The notes beneath the pieces were generated by a model. The model was not told where the DNA came from. It did no database searches and saw only the letters and a program-made list of their open reading frames with translations. Of a stretch of 64,000 nucleotides of DNA, positions 27,272-37,600 are shown in pieces. Where the stretch lies: the NCBI GenBank assembly GCA_028704885.1, contig JAQWEN010000001.1, positions 587,107 to 651,106 of the forward strand. Reading direction: 5' to 3'. The DNA comes from Candidatus Shapirobacteria bacterium (GTDB lineage: Bacteria; Patescibacteriota; Microgenomatia; UBA12405). Each line of letters opens with the position of its first letter. Within the stretch, counting starts at the first letter, position 1. A program made the translations under genes and the position numbers.

Positions 27272-28678
27272 TTATTCTTCAGCTTCAGTCGGAGTAGCAG
27301 ACTTGGTTGAAGTCTTAGTGACAGTTGGAGTCACTTTGGTGGTTGCAGAAGCACCAGTGCTTAGATCGGTACCGATAGTGAAAACCGCATCATAGGTGGC
27401 AGTTTTAGTTAGATCAGTAGTATAAGTGGCTGGGAAATCGGTAACTAAAGCTGATTCAAAATAAGCTGAAGTACTGGCTGATTTAACACTAACTGAATTT
27501 TCAGTAGCATTGGTTTTAGCATTACCGACAGCAATATTTTCAAAACCCAATTTAGTTAACATGGCTTTGACGGTGGCGGCTTGACCATTAATGTCGGTAG
27601 CATTTAAAACTTGGATTTTAATGGTTTTATCTATTTCAGCAATAGTCGGAGTTGGAAGTGGAATTTCGGTTGGAGTAATAGTGGTTTCGACAATTTCGCT
27701 AGTATCAGCGGGAGTTTCAATTTCACTGGTATTTCGGTTTAAAACAACCCAAATTATAATTGAAGCGAGAGCAGCAGTAAAAATAAAAACTGCGATAATA
27801 GGGAGGATATTCTTTTTTTTGTTTTCCATATTTTTTTTAGGTGAACTAATATTGGTTGGTGATCCTATTATATCAGTATTATGGGTGATGGAGGTAGATA
27901 TTTCACCTAAGACTGGCAGAGGTAAATTGGAGGCTTTGGAAAGACTTTGGGCAATTTGAGATTCGTTATAAACGGTTTTGTCCATTTCAGTAGTGGTAAT
28001 TATTTCTAAATCGCGACCCTCGGGAATATAAATTTTCTTGGTAATACTGGAAAAATAAAAATTTGAATAATTGACTATTTTCTGGATGTCAAGACTTGGG
28101 CCTTTAAGATTGATAGTTAAATAAACTGAATTATTTTTGGAAAGAAGAAGAGTATATTCTTGATCGTTTAAAGGATAAATTAGAAAAAATTCTTGTTTAT
28201 AAATTGAAGAAATAGTATTGGAGATGGCAGTGGAAACGGAAGTTATTTGGCTAATTTTGACACCAATTACACTTAAATTTTCTTTGAGTTGATCTAATTT
28301 AGGTTTATCATAAATAAAAGACTGAATTATTGTTTTGTCGTTAACTTGGGTTATTTTGTAATCAAGTGCATCGGGATCGATTTTGAAATTGACTAAACTG
28401 GCAGCCAAACTAATGACTTCTTTTTTATCAATAGTTTCAATCTTAGTATCGTAAGTAAAAGACTTGGTAAAAACAACATCATCAGGAATTAAAACAGAAA
28501 CTGAATCAAATTTATTTTGTTTAAAATATAGGATTAGGGATTCGAGATCTTTGTCGCTGCATTTTTGCCAAAGATTAAGATCGAAACTTAAGGTGTTATT
28601 TTCCTTGCGATCAATATAAAGTTCGACCGTTTTAGACTTCGGCCACAAAGTGAGTTTTGGTTTGGAGAACAACGACAT
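27272..28678 (-). CDS. membrane protein with C-terminal LytR_C domain (N-terminus possibly degenerate PilM/FtsA-like)
   Basis: Single TM followed by IQVLNATDINGQA...LGF...GNA and Thr-rich linkers. Confidence 0.7.
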   Translation of the reverse strand: MSLFSKPKLTLWPKSKTVELYIDRKENNTLSFDLNLWQKCSDKDLESLILYFKQNKFDSVSVLIPDDVVFTKSFTYDTKIETIDKKEVISLAASLVNFKIDPDALDYKITQVNDKTIIQSFIYDKPKLDQLKENLSVIGVKISQITSVSTAISNTISSIYKQEFFLIYPLNDQEYTLLLSKNNSVYLTINLKGPSLDIQKIVNYSNFYFSSITKKIYIPEGRDLEIITTTEMDKTVYNESQIAQSLSKASNLPLPVLGEISTSITHNTDIIGSPTNISSPKKNMENKKKNILPIIAVFIFTAALASIIIWVVLNRNTSEIETPADTSEIVETTITPTEIPLPTPTIAEIDKTIKIQVLNATDINGQAATVKAMLTKLGFENIAVGNAKTNATENSVSVKSASTSAYFESALVTDFPATYTTDLTKTATYDAVFTIGTDLSTGASATTKVTPTVTKTSTKSATPTEAEE

Positions 28679-28691
28679 AGTTAAGTATAAC

Positions 28692-28716
28692 AAAAACGCC
28701 CCGAGTGGGGCGTTTT
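28692..28716 (-). terminator. rpsG terminator
   Basis: AAAACGCCCC-GAGT-GGGGCGTTTT. Confidence 0.85.
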
Positions 28717-28734
28717 AAAAAGTTTTAAATATTT

Positions 28735-29217
28735 TTACCAACGGAGATGGGCAAAAGCCTTATTAGCATCGGCCATTCTTTCGATTTCAAGTCTTTTATT
28801 GACAGCAGCACCTTCATTATTAAGAGCAGATAGAAGTTCAGCCACTAATTTTTCAGCAAAAGAATGATATTGCTTGTTAGCTTTGGCACGAGCAGCAGAA
28901 ATGAGCCAGCGAAGAGCTAAAGAACTTTGACGAGTACCACGGACTGGAGTTGGAACTTGATAAACAGCTCCACCAATTCGGCGGGGTCTGACTTCGATTT
29001 TTGGTCGAATGTTTTCTAAAGCTCGATCGAGAACTTCAACGACATCTTCTTTAGGAAATTCTTTTTTAAGCAAATCAAGAGCATCATAAACTTGTTTTTC
29101 AGCAGCAGTTTTTTTGCCGTCTTTTAAACAAGCATTAATTATTTTGCTAATAGTAACATTGCCATAGATAGTATCTGGAAGTACTTCTCTAGTTTTATTG
29201 ATTCCTTTTCTGGACAT
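28735..29217 (-). CDS. rpsG: 30S ribosomal protein S7
   Basis: RRIGGAVYQVP, MADANKAFAH. Confidence 0.97.
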   Translation of the reverse strand: MSRKGINKTREVLPDTIYGNVTISKIINACLKDGKKTAAEKQVYDALDLLKKEFPKEDVVEVLDRALENIRPKIEVRPRRIGGAVYQVPTPVRGTRQSSLALRWLISAARAKANKQYHSFAEKLVAELLSALNNEGAAVNKRLEIERMADANKAFAHLRW

Positions 29218-29240
29218 ATTTTTTTATTTTATAAATTAAA

Positions 29241-29663
29241 TTAAGCGGTTTTGGCGACAGCTTTCTTGGCACCATATTTACTGCGGGACTGCATACGTCC
29301 AACAACGGCACCAGCGTCGTATTTACCACGAATAATACGATAACGAACACCTGGTAAATCTCTAACTCGGCCACCTTTGATACTAACGATACTGTGTTCA
29401 GCCAAATTATGACCAACACCAGGAATATAAGCGGTAACAGAAGCGTGATTGCTAAGTTTGACCTTAGCAATTTTTCGCAAAGCTGAGTGTGGTTTCTTTG
29501 GAGTCATAGTTTTGACAGAAATAACCACTCCTTTTTTAATTGGATTTATATTGAGGGTTGGTCGATTAGTAATGGTATTAAAACCATTACGAAGAGCAAC
29601 TGTTCTGAGCTTTTGAGTTCTCTTGGTTCGACCAGTTTTGATTAGTTGATTAAATGTTGGCAT
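29241..29663 (-). CDS. rpsL: 30S ribosomal protein S12
   Basis: [28 protein letters not shown]. Confidence 0.97.
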   Translation of the reverse strand: MPTFNQLIKTGRTKRTQKLRTVALRNGFNTITNRPTLNINPIKKGVVISVKTMTPKKPHSALRKIAKVKLSNHASVTAYIPGVGHNLAEHSIVSIKGGRVRDLPGVRYRIIRGKYDAGAVVGRMQSRSKYGAKKAVAKTA

Positions 29664-29665
29664 AT

Positions 29666-32600
29666 TTATTTTTGATTTTTACTGACAGGGATCAATCGTC
29701 CGATAATAACATTTTCCTTGAGACCAATCAAGCCATCGACTTCAGCAAGTAAGGAAGCTTCGGTCAAAACACTGGTGGTTTGTTGGAAGGATGCAGCAGA
29801 TAACCAAGAACCAGTAGTTAAGGCAGATTGAATTAATCCGAGTAATACTTTTTTACCAACGGCAGCTTTGCCGTTGTTATTAGCTTTGGCTTTGTCGTTA
29901 GCAGCATGGAAAACAGCGGCGGTAACGATTTGACCATAAAGGAAAGTGGTATCACCTGGGTCTTCAATTTTGATTTTGTCACTCATTTCTTTAACCATAA
30001 CTTCTAGATGTTTATCATGAATACCAATTCCTTGAGATTCATAAACACCTTGAATGCTGTTGATTAAATATCTTTGAGCAAATTCAATTCCCTTAACATC
30101 CATGATTTCTCGAACATCGAGAGATCCGGAACAGAGCTGAGTTCCTTGAGCAACTAAATCACCATCAGCAATTAGAAGGGTAACGTTTGAAGGTAAGAGA
30201 TAAGTAATAGTTTTAGCATTATTATCTTGATCTTTACCGCTAAGTTTTATTTCATAGCCATCAACGGTTTCTTTAACTTTTACTTTACCGCTAATTTCGG
30301 CTAAAGGTGAAGGAAGCTTTGGAGTTCGGATTTCAAATAATTCCTGAACACGTGGTAAACCTTGGGTAACATCGACGCCGACGACACCTCCGGTGTGCTT
30401 GGTTCGGAGAGTAAGCTGAGTTCCTGGTTCACCGATGGATTGAGCAGCGATAACACCAACCGGAACACCAATTTGAACCATTCTTCGGGTAGAAAGATCC
30501 CAACCGTAACACTTTTGACATAAACCAGTTTCAGCATTACAAGTAAGAGGAGAACGGATATTAACAGAGCCGATTTCGTTCTTTTCAATTAAAGCAACTT
30601 CATCATTATTTAATAAAGTCCCCTTTTCAATTAATACTTTTTTGGTTTTAGCATCAATAATATCAGTGGCTAAAACTCGGCCTAAAATTCGGCGAGAGAA
30701 ATATCTTTCTCGGCCTTTTTCATTGGCATCAATAGTAATGAATTTTTCAGTACCGCAGTCTTCTTGTTTAATGATAGCGATATGAGCAGCATCAACCAAT
30801 CTTCGAGTTAAGTAACCAGCATCAGCAGTTTTTAGAGCGGTGTCGGCTAAACCTTTTCGGGTTCCACGAGCACCAGTAACGTATTCAAAAACTGAAAGAC
30901 CTTCTCGGAAATTGGATTTGGTTGGAAGTTGAACGATTTTTCCAGTTGGATCGACCATCAAACCTCTCATACCGGAAAGCTGTTTAATTTGATCTTTTGA
31001 AGCACGCTTGATACCAGCGGCAGAAATGATACGGATTGGAGAATCGATATCAAGAGTAGCCCAAGTTTTTTCAGCGATTTCTTCGGTTTTTTCCATCCAA
31101 ATAGCTTGAGAAAGACGTTTCTTTTCATCATTACTGATTAAGCCATTCTTGTAGTTTTCTTCGATTTCCAAAACTAATTTATTAGCTCCATGGATAATAT
31201 CTTCTTTTTCAGGTAAATTTCCACAATCAGCCATAGATAAAGAAAGACCAGAAAGAGTGAAACCAGCAAAACCAATGTCTTTGAGAGAGTCAATTAGTTT
31301 GACTGTTTTCCAACGGCCAGCAATTTCAATTGATTTAACAACTAAATCATTAACTGATTTAGAACCAGCCATGGCTTCATTTAAGAATGGGAATTCTTTT
31401 GGAAGGATTTGATTGAACCAAATACGACCATAAGTGGTTTTAGTTAAAACACCATTTAATTTGGCGACAATTAATTCTCTTAAGCCAATTTTCTTGGATT
31501 CGTAGGCTAATTCAACTTCAGCTTCATCGGCAAAAATTGATAAACCTTCGAAATTTTCGGTCTTTTCTTTGTCTAAATCTTCAGATCGGACAGAAGTGAT
31601 GTAATAACAACCAACGGCCATTTCTTGGGTTGGAACAGAAACTGGATTACCATCAGAAGGCTTGAGCAAGTTGTGAGATGGCAACATTAATCTTTGAGCT
31701 TCTCGTTGAGAGGCATCGGAAAGAGGTAAATGAACACCCATTTGATCTCCATCAAAGTCAGCATTGAAAGCTTTACAGACACAAGGATGAAGTCGGATGG
31801 CAAGACCATCGACTAAAATTGGTCGGAAAGCTTGGATAGAAAGTTTATGTAAAGTTGGAGCACGATTTAATAAGACATAAGTCTTTTTAGTGACTCTTTC
31901 CAAGATATCATAGACTTCGTTGACACGATGATCAATTAAGTTTTTAGCACTTTTAATGTTGGCAGCAATGCCAGTGGACATAAGTTCACGAAGAACGAAT
32001 GGTCGATACATTTCAAGAGCGATTTCTTTTGGAAGACCGACTTGATTTAGTCTTAATTCTGGACCGACAACGATAACTGAACGACCGGAATAATCGACAC
32101 GCTTACCGAGCAAATTGCGTCGGAAACGACCTTTCTTACCGCGTAAAAGATCAGAAAGAGAGCGAGGAACCCGCTTAGCACTTTTTCTTTTATTTTTAGA
32201 ACTTTTTTGAGCGTCAATTAAAATATCAACTGATTCCTGGAGCATTCTTTTTTCATTTCGCAAAATGATTTCTGGAGCACCAAGTTTCAATAATTTTTTA
32301 AGACGATTATTACGATTAATAAGACGTCGATATAAATCATTTAAATCAGAAGTAGCAAAACGGCCACCGGTTAATTGGACCATAGGACGCAAATCTGGTG
32401 GTACAACTGGAACTTGGGTAAGAACCATCCATTCTGGATTGATTTTATTTTCAATCATGCCGTTTAAAATACGGATTTTGTACATGATTTTCTTTTTCTT
32501 AAGTTTAGAACTGGTTTTGTTTAATTCCTTTTTAAGGTTTTTGACTGATTCAACTAAATCAATTTTTTTCAAAACCTCGTAGAGAGCTTCAGCTCCCATT

Positions 32601-33397
32601 TTGGCAGTGTAAAAAATATCGGAAGAAAATTGTGATAAATAAAAGCTTTCTTCATCGGAAAGAGTCGATAAAACCTGAATATTTTGGATTTTTTCTTCCA
32701 AATATTTCATTAAGCCATCGATACGATTTTTTTCAGATAAAGCTTTATTTTCCAATTTTTGAACATCCTGTTTTAATTTGATGTCGCGTTCTTCTTGAGC
32801 AATAAAAAGCTGATCTTTATTTTTAATCTTTGATTTAAGTTCTTTTTTCTCTTTATCGGTTTCTTCGGTTTTAATTTCAATAGCTTTTTTAGTATCGACA
32901 TTAATTTGATCAATTCTTTTTTTAGAATTGTTCATTAAATTGTCTAAAGCTTCTTTACGTTTGGAATCATCAACAGAAGTAATGAGATATTTAGTGAAAT
33001 AGACGACTGATTCGAGATCTTTTTGAGGAACATCGAGAATAACTCCGATTGGAGATGGAGTGTTTCTGAGATACCAAAGATGAGTGGCGGGAGCAGCCAA
33101 AGAAATATGACCCATTCTTTCACGACGAACCTTGGAAGTAGTAACTTCAACTCCACAGCGATCACAAATTACGCCCTTAAATCGGATTTTTTTGTATTTT
33201 CCACAGTAACATTCATAGTCTCTTGATGGTCCAAAGATTTTTTCACAAAAAAGACCGTCTTTTTCGGGACGCCAAGATCGATAATTAATAGTTTCTGGTT
33301 TTATAACTTCGCCAGTGGACCAAGATAAAATATCTTCAGGAGAAGCTAATTTAATTTGGAGACCGGTAAAGTCGATCATACTTTTAAATTTAAACAT
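29666..33397 (-). CDS. rpoC: RNA polymerase subunit beta'
   Basis: Zn finger, [25 protein letters not shown]. Confidence 0.98.
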   Translation of the reverse strand: MFKFKSMIDFTGLQIKLASPEDILSWSTGEVIKPETINYRSWRPEKDGLFCEKIFGPSRDYECYCGKYKKIRFKGVICDRCGVEVTTSKVRRERMGHISLAAPATHLWYLRNTPSPIGVILDVPQKDLESVVYFTKYLITSVDDSKRKEALDNLMNNSKKRIDQINVDTKKAIEIKTEETDKEKKELKSKIKNKDQLFIAQEERDIKLKQDVQKLENKALSEKNRIDGLMKYLEEKIQNIQVLSTLSDEESFYLSQFSSDIFYTAKMGAEALYEVLKKIDLVESVKNLKKELNKTSSKLKKKKIMYKIRILNGMIENKINPEWMVLTQVPVVPPDLRPMVQLTGGRFATSDLNDLYRRLINRNNRLKKLLKLGAPEIILRNEKRMLQESVDILIDAQKSSKNKRKSAKRVPRSLSDLLRGKKGRFRRNLLGKRVDYSGRSVIVVGPELRLNQVGLPKEIALEMYRPFVLRELMSTGIAANIKSAKNLIDHRVNEVYDILERVTKKTYVLLNRAPTLHKLSIQAFRPILVDGLAIRLHPCVCKAFNADFDGDQMGVHLPLSDASQREAQRLMLPSHNLLKPSDGNPVSVPTQEMAVGCYYITSVRSEDLDKEKTENFEGLSIFADEAEVELAYESKKIGLRELIVAKLNGVLTKTTYGRIWFNQILPKEFPFLNEAMAGSKSVNDLVVKSIEIAGRWKTVKLIDSLKDIGFAGFTLSGLSLSMADCGNLPEKEDIIHGANKLVLEIEENYKNGLISNDEKKRLSQAIWMEKTEEIAEKTWATLDIDSPIRIISAAGIKRASKDQIKQLSGMRGLMVDPTGKIVQLPTKSNFREGLSVFEYVTGARGTRKGLADTALKTADAGYLTRRLVDAAHIAIIKQEDCGTEKFITIDANEKGRERYFSRRILGRVLATDIIDAKTKKVLIEKGTLLNNDEVALIEKNEIGSVNIRSPLTCNAETGLCQKCYGWDLSTRRMVQIGVPVGVIAAQSIGEPGTQLTLRTKHTGGVVGVDVTQGLPRVQELFEIRTPKLPSPLAEISGKVKVKETVDGYEIKLSGKDQDNNAKTITYLLPSNVTLLIADGDLVAQGTQLCSGSLDVREIMDVKGIEFAQRYLINSIQGVYESQGIGIHDKHLEVMVKEMSDKIKIEDPGDTTFLYGQIVTAAVFHAANDKAKANNNGKAAVGKKVLLGLIQSALTTGSWLSAASFQQTTSVLTEASLLAEVDGLIGLKENVIIGRLIPVSKNQK

Positions 33398-36300
33398 TAT
33401 TGTTCCTCCTTAATAACTAATCCTTCGACTTCAGCTTCCACTTCTACCGGAATTTCCGGTTCGATGTCTTCTGGTTTTATTTCAACCGGAGCAGAAGTTT
33501 CTTCCTCGACAGTGTCATCGATTTCTCGAAGACCAACTGGAGAAATATCGAGAGCTAAACCAGCTAATTCTTTGGTTAAAACTTTGAAAGACTCTGGGAT
33601 GGCTGGTTCTGGAATTGATTGACCTTTAATAATGGCTTGGAAGGCATGAGTACGACCTTCGATGTCATCGGATTTAATGGTCAACATTTCTTGAAGAGTA
33701 TGAGCAGCACGATGTGCTTCTAGAGCCCAGACTTCCATTTCCCCTAATCTTTGTCCACCCATTCTGGCTTTTCCACCGAGAGGCTGTTGGGTAACTAAAG
33801 AGTAAGGACCAGTAGAACGAGCATGAACTTTATCATCAACCATGTGGACGAGCTTTAAGATGTAACCAATACCAACAACGGATTGTTGATCGTAGGCTTC
33901 ACCAGTTCGACCGTCATAAAGTTGACTTTTGAAAGTGGTAGGTAAACCAGCTTTGGTTAACTCAGCTTCGATTTCAGCTTCAGAATATTTTTCAAAAACT
34001 GGAACGGCATATTTTTTACCAAGTTTGTAACCAGCGTAAGCAAGAGCAACTTCCAAAATCTGGCCTAAATTCATACGAGCAACGACAGAAAGCGGAGACA
34101 TAACCATGTCGATAGGAGTACCGTCGGCAAGATGCGGCATGTCGTATTGCGGCATAATTCGGCAAATAACACCTTTATTTCCGTGTCGTCCGGCGATTTT
34201 ATCACCTTCTTGAATACGTCGAATTTGAGCGACGTAAACTTTGACAACTTTATTAACGCCTGGATCAAGTTCATCACCTTTTTCTTTATCTAAAATATCG
34301 ACCTTAATAACAACTCCACCTTCACCATTAGCAACACGAAGAGAAGTATCTTTAACTTCACGAGCTTTTTCACCGAAAATGGCTCTTAAAAGTCTTTCTT
34401 CAGCGGATAATTCTTTTTCACCACGAGGTTCGACTTTACCAACCAAAATGTCATTTGGGCCAACAGTGGCACCAATCATAATGATACCGTCTTCAGTTAA
34501 TTTAGCTAATTCACTTTCGGAAACATTAGGAATATCTTTAGTTAATTCTTCGGAACCTAATTTAGTTTCAACAACTTGGGCAGAATATTCGTAAATTTGA
34601 ACATTGGTTAAAACGTCTTCTTTAACTAATCTATCGGAAATTAAGAAAGAATCTTCATAAGATAAACCATCGATGGAAGCATAAGCAACCAAAAGATTAC
34701 GACCGATCGATAATTCACCACCATCGGTGGATGGACCATCAATCAATAAATCACCTTCTTTAATAACATCACCGGTATTTACAACCACTTTTTGGTTATA
34801 ACAAGTACCATATGGTGAAGTTCTTAAAAATTTAGTTAAATTGTAAGTTTCAGTTTTGCCATCAGCACTAATTTCACTGGCTTCACAACCAGGTTCAGTA
34901 GCTTTTTTATCGAGAGCAACAATTATTTTACTGCCATCAACATAGGTAACTTTACCCGAATGTTTGGCTAAAACTGTTCGTCTCATTGAAGTGGTAACAG
35001 TGGCTTCCATGCCAGTACCAACATAGGGAGATTCTGGAGAAATTAAAGGAACAGCTTGAGTCTGCATGTGGGAACCCATAAGAGCACGAGTAGCATCATC
35101 ATGATCGACAAAAGGAATTAAAGAAGCCGAAGCACCAACGATTTGATTTGGAACCAAATCAATTAATTCAACTTGACTAATTGGACCTTCAATAAATTCA
35201 CCTTGATAACGAATTGGAACCCATTCTTGTTTGGCAAGGAAATTTTCGTCAAATTTAATACCTAAATGAGTGATTTTCTTTTCGTATTCATCTTCAGCAT
35301 CAACATAAATGAAATCTTTAGAAATGGTGTAACCACCTTTGGTTTTTTCTAGTTTTCTAAAAGGAGCTTCTAAAAAGCCATATTTATTGATTTGAGCATA
35401 AAGAGCAAGATAAGTAACCAAACCGATGTTTGGACCTTCTGGAGAACGAACGGCACAAATACGACCATATTGAGAACTGTGAACGTCACGGATTGAGAAA
35501 GCGGCACGTTCTCGGGTAAGACCACCAATACCAACAACAGTGACTCTTCGAAGTAAATCAAGTTCAGCTAGAGGATTGGTTTGATCCAAAATAGCAGAAA
35601 GTTGATTTGATCTAAAAAATGTATTGAGAGCAGAAATTAATGGTTGAGGATTAATCATTTGAGAAGGAGCTGGTTTTTCTTTGGTAGAAATTAAGCTCAT
35701 TCTTTCTTTAACCATTCTTTCGAATCTGGCTAAAGCTGGGCGAATAGCAATTTGAGAAACGATTTCGCCACTGCGTCGAAGACGACGATTAGCAAGGCTG
35801 TCGATATCATCAAGTCGTTTAACTTCACCTTTTTGGAGTTGGATTAAATATTTGACGGTAGCAACTAAATCTTCTTTTCTTAATACCCAATTTTCTTTGT
35901 CTTCATCACTAACTTTGAATCCAAATTTTTTGTTGATTTTATAACGACCGACATTACCTAATTCATAGGTTCGTAAATCAAAAAATCTTTCGTTGAAAAA
36001 TTTTTGAGCATTTTCGAGAACAACTGGTTCACCTGGACGAAGTTTACGATAAAATTCCAAAACGGCTTCTTCAGAAGTCTTGGAAATATCGGCTGAAATA
36101 GTAGCATTAATGAAATCACTAAATTCGGCAATTAATTGTTTGTCACCCATTTGGCAAGCGGCTCGCAAAATGATAGTGGCTGGGAATTTCTTTTTTCGAT
36201 CAATTCTGGCAAAAACAACATCTTTTTTACCAATGAAAAATTCGAGCCAAGAACCACGAACAGGTCGGATTTCGGCATTATAAAGAGTTTTGCCAGTGGC

Positions 36301-36741
36301 AGGATCAGTTTCACCAGTGAAATAAACACCAGGAGATCGGACCAATTGATTAATGACACCTCTTTCAATACCGTTGATAATGAAAGTTCCTTCATCGGTC
36401 ATGGTGGGGAGGTTTAAAAAGAAGACTTCTTCTTCACGGACATTACCGGTTCTTTTGTTGGTTAATTTGGCCTTAATACGGACAGGAACAGTGTAATTTA
36501 TACCTTTTCTTTTGGCAAGATCTGGAGAGACAACAATTGGATCGTAGGTCAATTGACCAAGTTCGAGCTCCCAGTTATTACCGGTGTAATCACTGATTGG
36601 GGAAATGGCTTGGACTGTTTCTATGAGTTCTTTTTCTAAAAATTCTTTCCAGGATTCTTTTTGAATTTGAATTAAATCTAACTTAGGAAGCTGAGGGTAT
36701 TTTTTACCCCATTGAGTTCTTTTTACGGAAGGCATCAACAA
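33397..36741 (-). CDS. rpoB: RNA polymerase subunit beta
   Basis: GDKIAGRHGNKG, GGQRLGEMEVWALE. Confidence 0.98.
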   Translation of the reverse strand: MLMPSVKRTQWGKKYPQLPKLDLIQIQKESWKEFLEKELIETVQAISPISDYTGNNWELELGQLTYDPIVVSPDLAKRKGINYTVPVRIKAKLTNKRTGNVREEEVFFLNLPTMTDEGTFIINGIERGVINQLVRSPGVYFTGETDPATGKTLYNAEIRPVRGSWLEFFIGKKDVVFARIDRKKKFPATIILRAACQMGDKQLIAEFSDFINATISADISKTSEEAVLEFYRKLRPGEPVVLENAQKFFNERFFDLRTYELGNVGRYKINKKFGFKVSDEDKENWVLRKEDLVATVKYLIQLQKGEVKRLDDIDSLANRRLRRSGEIVSQIAIRPALARFERMVKERMSLISTKEKPAPSQMINPQPLISALNTFFRSNQLSAILDQTNPLAELDLLRRVTVVGIGGLTRERAAFSIRDVHSSQYGRICAVRSPEGPNIGLVTYLALYAQINKYGFLEAPFRKLEKTKGGYTISKDFIYVDAEDEYEKKITHLGIKFDENFLAKQEWVPIRYQGEFIEGPISQVELIDLVPNQIVGASASLIPFVDHDDATRALMGSHMQTQAVPLISPESPYVGTGMEATVTTSMRRTVLAKHSGKVTYVDGSKIIVALDKKATEPGCEASEISADGKTETYNLTKFLRTSPYGTCYNQKVVVNTGDVIKEGDLLIDGPSTDGGELSIGRNLLVAYASIDGLSYEDSFLISDRLVKEDVLTNVQIYEYSAQVVETKLGSEELTKDIPNVSESELAKLTEDGIIMIGATVGPNDILVGKVEPRGEKELSAEERLLRAIFGEKAREVKDTSLRVANGEGGVVIKVDILDKEKGDELDPGVNKVVKVYVAQIRRIQEGDKIAGRHGNKGVICRIMPQYDMPHLADGTPIDMVMSPLSVVARMNLGQILEVALAYAGYKLGKKYAVPVFEKYSEAEIEAELTKAGLPTTFKSQLYDGRTGEAYDQQSVVGIGYILKLVHMVDDKVHARSTGPYSLVTQQPLGGKARMGGQRLGEMEVWALEAHRAAHTLQEMLTIKSDDIEGRTHAFQAIIKGQSIPEPAIPESFKVLTKELAGLALDISPVGLREIDDTVEEETSAPVEIKPEDIEPEIPVEVEAEVEGLVIKEEQ

Positions 36742-36798
36742 ATTTAATTATTAAAAAAAGGGGCGAGTTATGTTCCAACGGCTCGACCGAATGAGGGT

Positions 36799-36827
36799 AT
36801 TATAAATCCTTTGTCAAGAACGGTCAA
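36799..36827 (-). promoter_or_regulatory. rpoBC promoter
   Basis: TTGACC-17 nt-TATAAT. Confidence 0.7.
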
Positions 36828-36843
36828 CAGGCAGGTTTTAGGT

Positions 36844-37560
36844 TTATTTAGTAGTTGCTGATGGAGTGGCGGTTGGAGTGATTTTTTTAGCTGAAATAGT
36901 TGCTGTTGGAGTAACAGTCTTAGTCGGAGTAATAGTGGCGGATTTAGTGGCAACGGTTGGAGTGGCACAGGCTTTTTCGGTGCAAGTAATAATATCTTTA
37001 GACTCACAACTGCAAGTATTACAGCCATCGGCTGAAGCAAAAGATTCTCCTATTTGGTAAGTTTTATCATTTAAAAAGCAGGTACCAGAAACCAAAGTTG
37101 GGGAAGTTTCAATGGTATCAAAACTGGAAGAATCAGAATTATCTGTATTTTTTTGGTCTTTTAAGAAAACAAAAGCAAGGGCAACAGCGACAAAAAGAAA
37201 AATAATTAGAGCAATTATAAAAATAGCTTTAAAAAAGCCACCACCAGATTTGACTGGAACAGAAATACCAAGATTTTGGAGTTGTTCTTCTGGTGATTTT
37301 GGCGGAGTTTCGATTGGGGGAAGTTTGTCAGTGTTGGCAGAATATTGATTTAAAACCTGTTGATAATTATTGGAGGGAGCCGAGGTTTCTGGTTGGGGTT
37401 GAAGTTCTGGTTCTGGAGTGATTTCTATTTCTGGACGAGGTGGTACTTCGACAGGCTCAGTATTGACAGGTTCTTGAGGAACTGGCTCGGGATTAATAAT
37501 TGGAGTTTGATTAATAGGATCTTGATTTGGGATTTGATTTTCCATGTAATAGTTTCCCAC
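36844..37560 (-). CDS. membrane-anchored protein with pacifastin/VWC-like Cys domain
   Basis: Pro/Glu-rich N-terminus, TM, then C...DGCNTCSC...CTEKAC and a Thr-rich tail. Confidence 0.7.
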   Translation of the reverse strand: MGNYYMENQIPNQDPINQTPIINPEPVPQEPVNTEPVEVPPRPEIEITPEPELQPQPETSAPSNNYQQVLNQYSANTDKLPPIETPPKSPEEQLQNLGISVPVKSGGGFFKAIFIIALIIFLFVAVALAFVFLKDQKNTDNSDSSSFDTIETSPTLVSGTCFLNDKTYQIGESFASADGCNTCSCESKDIITCTEKACATPTVATKSATITPTKTVTPTATISAKKITPTATPSATTK

Positions 37561-37600
37561 CTTTGAATGGTAGTGTCAATAAAATTTGATAGAATTGGGG

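Noticed and set aside
32600-32980. Long coiled-coil insertion in the RpoC N-terminus as a novelty or intein
   Set aside because: It matches the position of known lineage-specific beta' insertions and has no intein motifs.
36768-37040. 90-aa ORF as a leader peptide for rpoB
   Set aside because: It is an alternate frame of the Thr/Pro-rich tail of the upstream gene and starts upstream of the rpoB promoter.
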